Source: Octopus sinensis (Eukaryota). Taken from it: 64,000 nt of DNA. The position numbers and the translations under genes are program-made. Below the pieces are notes generated by a model. The model did no database searches. It saw only the letters and a program-made list of their open reading frames with translations, and was not told where the DNA came from. Within the stretch, counting starts at the first letter, position 1; each line of letters opens with the position of its first letter. The stretch covers positions 45,818,001 through 45,882,000 of the forward strand of contig NC_043010.1 of NCBI RefSeq assembly GCF_006345805.1, given 5' to 3'. This document shows, one piece after another, positions 37,809-49,825 of the stretch.

Positions 37809-40800
37809 ACTTCCAATCTAAAAAATCAATATTTTAAAATATAAAAATAATAATTTTAAAATAATTAAAGTATGAATGAAAAAATATAAGTATATAATCC
37901 ATATATAACCTATATATAATCCATATATAATCAATATATAAACAATATATAAACTAAAAAAACCTATCAACAATTAAATATAAACTATAAAATATAAAAT
38001 ATAAAATATAAAATATAAAACAAAACAAAAAAATAATAATAATATAATAATAAACTATATATACACCCATACACATATACCTAATTATATATAACCATAT
38101 CTAACTACATACACTAAATCACACACCTAAATATATATCCCTATACATACACATAAAAACGTCTAGGCAACTATAAATAAATAAAATAGCTAAATACTTC
38201 AACACAATACTTATTCATACTCCCACACACACACACATACAACCCACATTCACGCTCTAGAAAACGGACATCACTCAAAACTATGAACGGAGAAATGGAA
38301 TAAATGGAATTAAAAATTATATTCACTTGGTAAAAACGAACACTACTTAAAAATTAAGAATGAAACAATGCAATAAAACAACAGACATCGCAAATAGACA
38401 CAAATTACTACGAATTCCTTAACAAACCTATCATGATAAACCAAAAACTCATAAAAACATATAATGATAAAATCTCCCTTTACTAAACTCTATAACAAAC
38501 CTATATAGCAATCCCCCTAACCTAAACATTCACACACAAATACACACACGTAAACCACACACCCACGACATATACAAATACCCACACCACTTACACATAC
38601 CAATACATACATATAAACCTCAACATATACTCCAAAAACCCACTCAACCCCACACAGACAAATAAACACAAAAATTATGAATGGATTCTTTTATAAAACT
38701 ACCATGATAAGCTAAAACTCACAAAACAGAAATGATAAAACCTCCCTTTACTAAACACTATAACATACTTATATAGCAATCCCTTTAACCTATACATTCA
38801 CACACAAAAACACACACGTAAACCGCACACCCATAACAAATACAAACACCCATACCACTCACACACACCCACAAGTACATATAAGCCTCAACATATACAC
38901 CAAACAAAATTACTTTACAAGGAACTTAACATATGTATAAAAAGTATAACCGCTCTGGAAACGAACATCTCTAAATTAATGAATGGAGAAATGGAATAAA
39001 TGGAATTAAAAATAATATTCACGTGGCAAAACGAACACCACTCAAAAATTATGAATGAAACAATGTAATAAAACAACCAACATCGAAAATAGACAAATTA
39101 CCACGAATTCCCTAAAAAAACCATGATAAACCAAAAACTCATAAAAACATATAATGATAAAATCTCCCTTTGCTAAACTCTATAACAAACTATATAGCAA
39201 TCCCCCTAACCTAAACATTCACACACAAATACACACACGTAAACCACAGACCCACGACTTATACACATACCTATACTAACTTATAAATCTCAATATACAC
39301 CAAAACCCACTCCCTCCCCCACAGACAAATTAACACATACATCCCAAAACCTAAATAACAAACCCATATACACATTCACACACAAACACACACACACGCA
39401 AAACACACACACACAACAGATACATATACTCCCTCACATATACGCATATACATACTCACTAAACTCGATATATACAACAATATTTACACACCCACACTCA
39501 TACAGATAAATAAATTATACAACTAAAAACTCACACACAATCTCATATACATAAACACTCCTATGAAAACAACATTAAATACATCGTAATTAACCAGAAT
39601 ATCAAAAATAACAATATGATATAAGGATAAATAAAATACATACTTACAAGTCAGTTTCAAATTATGAAGTGAAATTAAATTCTTAGCCGTTAAAAAAACC
39701 AAACCAAAATTACGTTACCATAGAAATAACTTATGTAAAAAAAAAAAAAAAGAGAATACGCCCCATAGAAAGTAAACGTCATTTAAATTATGAATGGAGA
39801 AATAGAATAAATGGAACTAAAAACTATATCCACGTAGCATACCAACACTACTTAAAAAAAATTTATTATGAATGGATTCTTTAAAAAACTACCATGAAAA
39901 ATCATTATATACATTTATGAGCTTTAGCTCACCTTAGCAGCTCTAACAAACAACTTGCAGTAACCCAAACCTATTCTCGATGCCTACCTCACTACCACAC
40001 TAATCCATTCACAATTCCAAGCAACGCTAGTCCACCACCCGGTTACAATTCCCAACTCCACCCATTCATTCACAATTTCAACGACATTCGCCTCCACAGC
40101 GCTACATATAAGCCTCAACATATACACCGGAGATACACTTACACATCCGTGCGGATGGGTGAGAGTATACATTGAGTGTAGTGATGGAGCTCCCATTACT
40201 ATACACATTTGTACCTGTGTGGTAGTCTCCATGTGTATATTCACGCACATGGTATAAATGCAGGGGGTACACGCGCACGTCATTTGCGTGTACCCCCTCA
40301 CATGTACATATGCATGCTATTTGGGCTCGATATATGCAACAATATAATCGCGCCCGCATACATGCATATGGGCGAATTGCACAATCAAAAAAACGCACAC
40401 GTGTGTGTGTGCGTTCCCTGGTTGTGCAATTCACCCATCTGGGTGTGAGTGGGTGTAAGCGTATCACTGTGGATGTCGAGCTTGATACGTATGTATATGA
40501 GTGTGTATTAGGGGGTTGTACGTATTAATTGTGTGCATGTGCTTCACGCACTTGCGTCCATGTATGGATGAATATATTGGGATTACTATGTGGGTGTAAA
40601 TTGGGTATGGAGGGGGGAGTTTTGTCATTGTATGGGTGTGGGTTTCATTTGTGATGGTGGTTAGTTGGTGATTTTTAGTATGTTCTGTATATTTGGGTTA
40701 GTTATGTATTATTCTAGTGTGTATAATTGTATACATATAATTGGTGTGAATGGGATTAAGCCCATTTTTGGGGATGTATGTTTATTTATCAATGTGGGGC

Positions 40801-41112
40801 GGGAGTGGCCGTTAGGTGTATATGCTGAGGCTCACATGCAATTCCAAGTACAACGAATGAAGTGGGCACTTATATTTGTTATGGGTGTGTGTACTTTATT
40901 ATAACAGACAATACCCAAATAAAATCTGTCAATTCAACATACCAAATAAAAAACAAAAAACAAAGGGATCTTAAACATTCACACATACATACAAATCTCA
41001 ATAAAAACACCACTAAATAACACCCATAAACATATACATGCACATATATTTACACTTGTGCATACATGTGCATGTTTATATGTAAATATATATATGCATA
41101 TATGTGTATGTA

Positions 41113-41146
<34 letters not shown>

Positions 41147-41483
41147 AGAGAGAGAGACATTATAGACATACATATGTATACATGCATGTATGTGCTTGCA
41201 CGCACACACATACACATACACACACACACACATGTATTCTGTTATGTTTCAGTCCTAAAATTCTTACCGACTAGCTGTCTAAGCTTTGCTTAATGGATTA
41301 AGTGTATTTATAGTGTTAGTCAATTTTGTAATAAATTTGACACTACTTTCTCTATTGAGTTTCCCCATCAGTAAATGTTTCATTGTTACACATATACATG
41401 CACACACACCCATACTTAAATACATATATATGTGTATGTGTGTGTATATATATACACACATACATACTTATACACATATATGC

Positions 41484-41531
<48 letters not shown>

Positions 41532-41703
41532 AATATTAGGGAATATATCCAAATTTACAGGGAAAAAAAATCAGATTTAGGATTAAATCCAATTTATAGT
41601 AAAATATTATAAAATATTATTTGAGACAAAACCACTATTTTGCAAAACAAACAAGGAAAGACTTAATCAATACATAAAATTTAATAAATAGTCAAAAAAA
41701 CCG

Positions 41704-41746
41704 CCACTACAATCGTTTCTTGTCTTGATCGACAATCTTCAGGTGG
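41704..41746 (-). ncRNA. Minimal type-I hammerhead ribozyme motif, identical second copy
   Basis: Same 43 nt as 37766-37808, offset 3,938 nt. Confidence 0.85.
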
Positions 41747-42060
41747 ACTTCCAATCTAAAAAATCAAAATTTTAAAATATAAAAATAATACTTTTAAATA
41801 ATTAAAGTATAAATGAAAAAATATAAGTATATAATCCATATATAACCTATATATAATCCATATCGAAAATATAGACTAATTACCACGAATTCCCTAAAAA
41901 AAACCATGATAAAACAAAACTCTTAAAAACATATAACGATAAAATCTCCCTTTGCTAAACTCTATAACAAACCTATAAAGTAAACCCCCTAACCTAAACA
42001 TTCACACACAAATACACACACGTAAACCACAGACTCACGACTTATACACATACCTATACT

Positions 42061-42083
42061 AAGTAAGTGTGAGTGTGTGTGTT

Positions 42084-42147
<64 letters not shown>

Positions 42148-42170
42148 AACACACACACTCACACTTACTT
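42061..42170. repeat. Perfect 110-bp palindrome centred on (TA)n
   Basis: AAGTAAGTGTGAG(TG)n(TA)n(CA)nCTCACACTTACTT. Confidence 0.9.
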
Positions 42171-42329
42171 GTACATGAAATCTGCAGAATATGACATCCA
42201 ATATGGACTGTCGTTCAGTATGATAGCAGTAGCTGACAAATAAATAAGACTATCCTTGAGCAATAATAATAATAATAATAATGATGGGTGGAGCATGTCT
42301 ATAAATCTCCCTCTTTAGGTTTGTACCCA

Positions 42330-42620
42330 TGCCACAAGATGTTTTGAGTCCTCATAAGAAGCCTGGCATGTGTAACATCTAGGCACTCTTGCAGCTCCTT
42401 CTTTATAGCCCAGGTTTTGGCTCCATAGAGAAGAATGTTTGCTATGCATGCTCTGAAGAACTCAAGCCTTGTTCACTTTAAAATGCTTGATTGTCAGGTG
42501 TTTTGAAGTTTGCTGCAAAAAAACACCAGGCTTGTCCCTTGTACATAAGGAAGTCTTGCTTACTGTTAGCAAAGTTGGACCGAAGGTACATGAAGTCAGT
42601 ATATCTCCTGGAATCATGTG
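42330..42620 (-). mobile_element. Decayed RTE-like LINE fragment
   Basis: Minus-strand translation includes DFMYL..., FFRACIANILLYGAKTW. Confidence 0.55.
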
Positions 42621-43105
42621 TTATTGCTAGAACAAATTGGTAGGTGGCATTCATTTTCGTTAATGGTCATAGTTGTCTTCTTGTCTCCAGACAAGACTTC
42701 TTTTAATCCTTTAGCATTTAAACCAGCCCAAATAGACAACCTGATTTATGTTCAAACCGGTCAGATCTAACCTTTCATACCTACTCTACATTATCATTCT
42801 GAAAATATTCAATCACAGTATCAAAATCTTGAAGCTACAAGATAATACCTAATTACTTGAATACAATGCAAATAAATAGGCATTACATTTGACAGTAATG
42901 TCTTGCTTTTTTGTGATTATCTCCCTTGACATTTGAAGTTGATCCCATTTGCCACCAGGGATTGTTCTACTTTTTCCTGTATGCAGCAATAATTCCAATA
43001 AATCTAGCATCTATCTTGAATGGTGTTTGATATACACTTATTCAGCTTTGTTCTTCAGATATATGCCACTTTGAGTCATTTCTCTTAGCTCATATTTTTT
43101 ATTTC

Positions 43106-43166
<61 letters not shown>

Positions 43167-43316
43167 TACATATGAGAGGGATGGCCACTATGTGGAAAAC
43201 CCTTATGCTAGAAGTAGATCCACTATGGTCTTACCACTAAGAAATGTGGCAAGACCATAGCGGATATACTTCTAGCATAAGGGTTGTCCACATAGTGGTC
43301 ATCCCTCTCATATGTA
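43167..43316. repeat. Fold-back element, ~70-bp arms
   Basis: Few mismatches, ~8-nt loop, embedded in (TA)n/(CA)n. Confidence 0.9.
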
Positions 43317-45512
43317 TATAATACAATTTACTGAACCTTCAGATTTTAATATGCTAGACCACTGGTGTTAAATTGATGTTAATTAAATTAATATCCAATT
43401 TCTCACCCTCATTTTAAATTTAAATTTATATATGTATATATATATATATATATTGATCCATCAAGTTACAAAGTACAAAAAGCTAGCACTCAATGACTCA
43501 ATATAAAATTGATTTATGTTATTGCAAAATTGCTTTATAACTTAGCTGAACAACAATACTGCAATTTTTAAACTTCCATACACCTTTTTTTAGGAGAGCA
43601 TGCATGTATCCACATTTCTGGACAACATTTCTGAAGACAATATAGTAAATCCTTGTTCATCTCAAGGGTAAAATCATCCATGTCTCCATCCCACTGCAAA
43701 AAATGGGAGAAGCATTGAAATATCATTTGGTTCACACCCTCATGAAATCAAACATAAGTACAGCCTTACTCAGATTAATAGATATGCATTTCTCTCCTGA
43801 CTATAGGTACAGGAAATTGTTTTGTCGGTATATGATTGGTACCATCAGTTTGAAGTAGATAATATCTCATTAACTCACTCCATTCTCTGAGGTTAGATGT
43901 TCATGGAGAGACATACCTTGTCTGCTGAATATAGCAGAAGTCAAGTCTTTGAATTCAAACTATAATGCCAAGCTAAAGCATTACATCAGTTTGATGAAAA
44001 AGAAAATGAGAAAGACGAGATTTTCTAACCATACATCTTCCTTCTGAAACATTGAGAGATGACATGCAACAAAACTTGTAAGCCATGTGTGGTTGTTGTG
44101 AGAGAAAGCAATGGTATATAATATTGGCTGGAAGATTGCTCAAAAGGTACACCCTGCCTGAACAACAGCCAAAATTGTGGCCTCTCCTCTGTTAAAAAGA
44201 AGTTGATTCTTAAGTGATCTCATATCTGTGGATGTGATCTAAATGTTAAATCATAAGTATTCAATCTCTGTAAGCATAAAAGGAGATTTATTCTTCAATA
44301 CTTGACAGATCTACATACCTGTCATGAAATATGCCAATGTTTCTTCTTGGATTTATTCAATTATCCCCAAGAAGGTTAATCTTTCATTGGATTCTATTTT
44401 GCTTCCTTCCTTTCTCTTTCATTCTGAATTGCCTCTTGAATTACTTCTTCCTTTCTTTTTATTTGTTGCCTTCATTCTTTGCTTCCTTTTTCTCCTTGCA
44501 TCTTATTGTACATTAATATTGATTTGAAATTTTGGCACACAAGGCCAGTAATTTATTGGGAGGGGTCCAAGTTAATTAAATTGACCCCAGTGCTAACTAG
44601 TACTTATTTTGTTGACCCCAAAAAGATGAAAGGCAAAGTTGACCCCAGCACCATTTGAACCCAGAATGCAAAGACAGACAAAATCCTGCTAGACATTTTG
44701 CCCAGCATGCTACAGTTTTGCTAGCTCTCCACCTTATTGCATATTAATATTAATGATCATCCTAAATCAACGAGCTGGCAGAGTCGTTAGCACACCAGAC
44801 AAAATGCTTAGCGGTATTTCATCTGCCTTTACATTCTGAGTTCAAATTCCACCAAGGTCACCTCTGGTTTACATCCTTTCTGGGTCAATAAAATAAGTAC
44901 CATTTGAGCACAGGGTTCAATGTAATTGACTTATCCCCTCCCCCAAACTTACTAGCCTTGTGCCAAAATTTGAAACCGGCATTAATGATCATCCTTTTTT
45001 GTATATGTATATGGAAGTATCCAGGAACAAGTACTATTACTCATTTATGAATTTTGAGAAGTGCCTTCTTCTTAGCCATAATCATTGCAACTATAATAAT
45101 TGGTTTTGTTTAAATGCTGCATCACACTGCTCATTCATAGAAGTAGACAAGGATTTCCTGTATTGTCCAAACAATAGTTGTTCAGAATAAATGAATATGA
45201 AAACTAGATGGAAGTTTGAAACTTGTAGTGATGTCCTGACAAATTACATTATTGTAACTCTGTGTGTGCACACTCACATGCATGCATGTGAGTGTGTATG
45301 TATGTATATCATCCAGCTCTGTCTGGCACCTGTGCAGGTGGCACGTAAAAAACACCCACTACACTCGCGGAGTGGTTGGCGTTAGGAAGGGCATCCAGCC
45401 GTAGAAACACTGCCAAATCTGACTGGGCCTGATGAAGCCTTCCGGCTTCACAGACCCCAGTTAAACCGTCCAACCCATGCTAGCATGGAAAACGGACGCT
45501 AAATGATGATGA

Positions 45513-45553
<41 letters not shown>

Positions 45554-45554
<1 letters not shown>

Positions 45555-45801
45555 ATAAGATCGTTAATTTAAATTAAATAACGATCTTATCAAGTGGTCA
45601 GCATGGAAATAAAAACCTCCAAAGGTAATAATTATTAAAATTGTAACTTAGGGTATCTATGAGATACTGCCATGCTGACTCTAAAACCACATTAAGTGTT
45701 CATATAAGTGTTCCTTGTGCTATATGAACACTTAATGTAGTTTTAGAGTCAGATCCTGGCTGCTATTTTCAGTATGGCGGTATCCCGTATATACCCTAAG
45801 T

Positions 45802-45811
<10 letters not shown>
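45554..45811. repeat. Double-hairpin element in (TA)n
   Basis: 13-bp stem 45554-45591 and a long interrupted stem 45636-45811. Confidence 0.85.
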
Positions 45812-45833
<22 letters not shown>

Positions 45834-48182
45834 ATTGTTAATTACTAAAAATAATAAACAGCAAAACATTGACTAAAGATGGGACATTCTACTATTAGTA
45901 GAGTCAAATTTATTAATCATATCACAGTTGTCTGGGACCCTAGGATTCTCCTTAGCAGTTTATTCAACAAGTTGAATCAGCTGCTAAGATAAACTTAGTT
46001 CCAGTTAATTATGTGTGTATGTTTGTATTTTTTTTATATATATATATATATATACATCATGTGAGTGTGTGTGCGTGCCTATATATAGAAATGTGTTTAT
46101 ATTATGGCTCTGTCTGTGTTTGAGGACATGTACTTGTGTGTGAGGATGTGTATGTTTGTGTGTATATGAATGCATATATACATAAATTCTATCAGAATGG
46201 GATGTTTTCACCTCACCACTGCCATTTTACTCCAAGAACTATTTCATTGTGAATGTAATGATGACCAGTTTTTACATCACAAATCTATTCCATAACTTTT
46301 GTGTTTTCCACTTCATTCCTGTAAATAAAAACATAAATTTCCAACCTTTAGACGTTTCTTTCCCCCCTGTGCCCTTACCCCAACATTGCAATAAAGAAAT
46401 AAATCAATTTCTTCAAATTAAAACATGACTATAATAAATATTTCAATAAATCTAAACTAATTATAAAATATCGCTGAATATCCCTATTGTATAACAGGAT
46501 TTTTTATTGTTTTGTTTGTTAATTATTGCTTTTTTTATTGTTGTTTTGTTGTATCCTGGGTGTTATTTGCTAAACACAGCCGTATTGGCTCAAGTGTTCA
46601 AACACAGGATTTCCGAGAGTTAAAAACAATACTCATGTTCATTGACGTTTACAACAGTTACAGCTTTATTCTATATATTTTATATATTTTAAAATTACAT
46701 ATGGAATAAATGAGAAACAAACAAATGAATAAATATTTCCTGTTTAATTAAACAGGCATAATTATTTTTTCATTATTGATATATATGTTCATTTACCCCC
46801 ATCTTCTTCTTAGGAAACAGATTCTGTAATTAAGAAAAGCACCAGAAACAAAAAAAAAAAGAATTTCCATTTTTATTATACCATCCAGTCATAGAAAAAT
46901 TATAACCAATAACCATTGTGATATATAATTTGAGTAATTTTATCTTATTCACAAGATGTAAAGTCTGAATTAAAGAACAATTCCTACATCCATATATGGT
47001 GATGCATGTGCATTTTTCTGTCTCAGTTCAAATTAAAAGGTTGATTTTTTTTTTTTTCGGAAAGAAAAATGTGAAGAAAAAGGAAAAAGGGGAAAAAGAA
47101 ATTTTTCATTTTCTGTTTATACTTTGTTGTATATTAGTTGTGTTTTGAGCTCTCAATTTTTCCTGAATTCAGTTATTAAAACTTGAAGAATTTAGAAGAA
47201 TATTCTAAAGGAAGAGTTCTCTAATTTTATGATGAACGGCTTCTGTATATGTAAATGAAAAGAAGACTTTCTTTCTCTCTCATCTACACACATCGGTTTA
47301 AAATTTTGGTACAAAGCCAACAAGTTCAAAAGAGGGGATAAGTCAATTACATCAATTCCAGTGCTCAACTGGTACTTATTTTATCAACCCTGAAAGGATG
47401 AAAGGCAAAGTTGACCTTGGTGGCATTTGTACTCAGAATATAAAGATAGATGGAATGCCACTAAGCATTTTTCCCAACGTAATAATGATAACTGCCAGCT
47501 CGGTGACTTCCTACACACAAATATCAACACATCTTTACATCTGTCTCTGATAACAGAAAGAATTATAGAATTCATGGTATAATAAAGCCAGCAACACACT
47601 CCAGCCTCTGGCTCATAAGTGCATTGTTTCATCTCTCTGCCTTTTCTACACCTAACATAGTGGCCTCCTTTGTGCTGGCTAGGTTCATGCTACCTCCACT
47701 CAAGCATTCCCATCTTATTCTACACTTCTCTTCTCCTTGCCTTTATGCTCTGCTCCCAGGTCCAGCACTAATCACTACATCCAGTTCTTTCTTGCTAGAA
47801 TGTCAACCTCCCAGAATCTCTGTCTCTTTTGTATTAACTTACAAAGGTTCAAGAGAAACATAATTCGCAGCATTTTCACTGGTCTAAGAGGAACTGCAAA
47901 GGACATGGTCACTGCTTCTTCCAACAGAATCAGCAAATGAAAGAAGAAAATGTTCAGATCAATGAAGTGCATATATTTCGATATCTACAGGAAGAAAGAA
48001 TTTTAAATACTTCTGGCCTGTTTATTTAAAAAGCTATGTAAAAATAATATCACTGCATAGACAATACTTCTCTCTATTTCACTACTGTCTACAAAGCTAC
48101 ACAAATACTACCAGTTAGCTGCAGGTATTTTCAAATTAGCCATGCTGATGAGATCATATCAGTTTTCCAAGTGTACTTGAAA

Positions 48183-48425
48183 ATCATCATCATCATCGTT
48201 TAACGTTCGCTTTCCATGCTAGCATGGGTTGGACGATTTGACTGAGGTCTGGCGAACCAGATGGCTGCAACAGGCCCCAATCTGATCTGGCAGAGTTTCT
48301 ACAGCTGGATGCCCTTCCTAATGCCAACCACTCCGAGAGTGCAGTGGGTGCTTTTATGTACCACCGGCATGAGGGCCAGTCAGGCGGTACTGGCAACGGC
48401 CACGCTCAAATTGTGCTTTTTATGT
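48183..48425 (-). mobile_element. Family C repeat (GGAAGGGCATCCAGC core, (GAT)n tail), SINE or LINE 3' end
   Basis: Related copies at ~2275-2480, 5990-6340, 6850-7055, 11715-11900, 13050-13240, 15295-15800, 24290-24470, 27355-27570, 45310-45515, 56298-56590. Confidence 0.7.
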
Positions 48426-48792
48426 TAAAATGTTAACAGATTATTTAATGGAGAAAATTTTTCCACTTAGTCATATTACCACTTATTTTTTTTTTTAATG
48501 TCAACTCTTTTTCACAACAGTTAATATTCAGTTACGAGGTTTACTTCAGAAATATTGAGGTTATTTTTTGACGAGTTAGTTATGACTGTCCTAGATTACT
48601 GTAATTTCAATATACCATTAATATACATCTAATAAGCTGACTTGCCAACTTTTATTATTCCAGTTTGAAGGAAATGGCTGTAAAAGCACTTTGAACATAC
48701 CCTACTAAACTGCTTGTCACAGCTAGCTGAGTTTTAGAATGCACTCAAAACATAAAGACAATTTAGAAGCTCACTATGCAATATGTATTAAA

Positions 48793-49291
48793 ATATAAAA
48801 CAAATGTGCCCTTTTAAAGCCTAGCCAGGTTCATGGGCCCAGTTTCTCGGTTTCAATGGCATATGTGTTCTCCAGCTGAACGGGACACCAGTCCATTACA
48901 GCGTTACTCATTTTTGCCAGCTGAGTGGACTGGAGCAACGTGAAATGAAGCGTTTTTCTCAAGAATACAACACGTCGCCCGGTCCAGGAATCGAAACCAC
49001 AATCTTACGATCATGATGCTGACACCCTAACCACTAAGCCACGTGCCTCCACAAATAAATAAATGCGCCCTTTTAAAGCCTAGTCAGGCTCATGGGCCCG
49101 GTTTCAATGGCATATGTATTCCCCAGTTAGATGAGACGCCAGTCCATCGCAGCATTACTCATTTTTGCCAGCTGAGTGGACTGGAGCAACGTGTTTTGCT
49201 CAAGAACATAACACATCACCTGGTCCAGGAATCGAAACTACAATCTTACGATCATGATGCTGACACTCTAACCACTTAGCCATGTGCCTCC
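48793..49291 (-). mobile_element. Head-to-tail dimer of the same tRNA-derived SINE family as 3664-3912
   Basis: Two copies with tRNA heads; flanked by ATGCAATAT(G/T)TATTAAA at 48776-48792 and 49292-49308. Confidence 0.8.
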
Positions 49292-49329
49292 ATGCAATAT
49301 TTATTAAACTGACAAAAATGCTACAGAAA

Positions 49330-49580
49330 CTTATAAAATGCTCCAGCCTGCTTGTGAATTAACTTGAATGGCACTGGCACATGAAACCGTGCAAAGCAAG
49401 TTCACCAGAAAGTCATGGGAGCTGTGCTGTTTTCTGACTTTGTAAACGTATCCACGGGTGTTAGACAGGTGGAGTTTGAAAAGGTGCTCAGAGTTATTGT
49501 TAGTAAGATGGTTAATAATTTTATGAGTGTCTGCCAAGTCAGCTGCCAGATGTCAGAGTTTCAATGAGTCCATGCCCAGG
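49330..49580 (-). mobile_element. CR1-clade LINE 3' fragment
   Basis: THKIINHL...EHLFKL...NTRGYVYKV resembles the CR1 C-terminal TRGHxxKL motif. Confidence 0.55.
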
Positions 49581-49825
49581 GAAGTAAGGCGTTCAGGATA
49601 TGAAAAATCTAGTTTTTCATTTGCTTACTCTTTAATCATTAGCTCTTTTGATACCAACATCCCCAGAACTGCCCTTGGTTCTAAGATACCATTTTATTGT
49701 TTTAAAGTGAACAAAAACTTTCCATCAAAATTTATGTTCCTAACACTTGCTTAATAATAATAAAAAAGTAAGCAACGTTTTGAAACATGAAATTCATCAC
49801 AATATATTTCAACAATGCAGAAATT

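Larger units (their letters stand above)
37588..42062 (-). mobile_element. Non-autonomous Penelope-like / retrozyme-like element: two ~340-bp direct repeats (37588-37927, 41528-41863), each with a hammerhead, and an ORF-less strand-biased body
   Basis: Near-identical direct repeats, each abutting a (TA)n tract. The second copy continues (41864-42062) into a duplicate of internal sequence ~39080-39280. Confidence 0.65.

Noticed and set aside
45429-45452. CTGATGA followed by a 4-bp hairpin
   Set aside because: No GAAA after the stem; it is a point variant of the family C repeat body.
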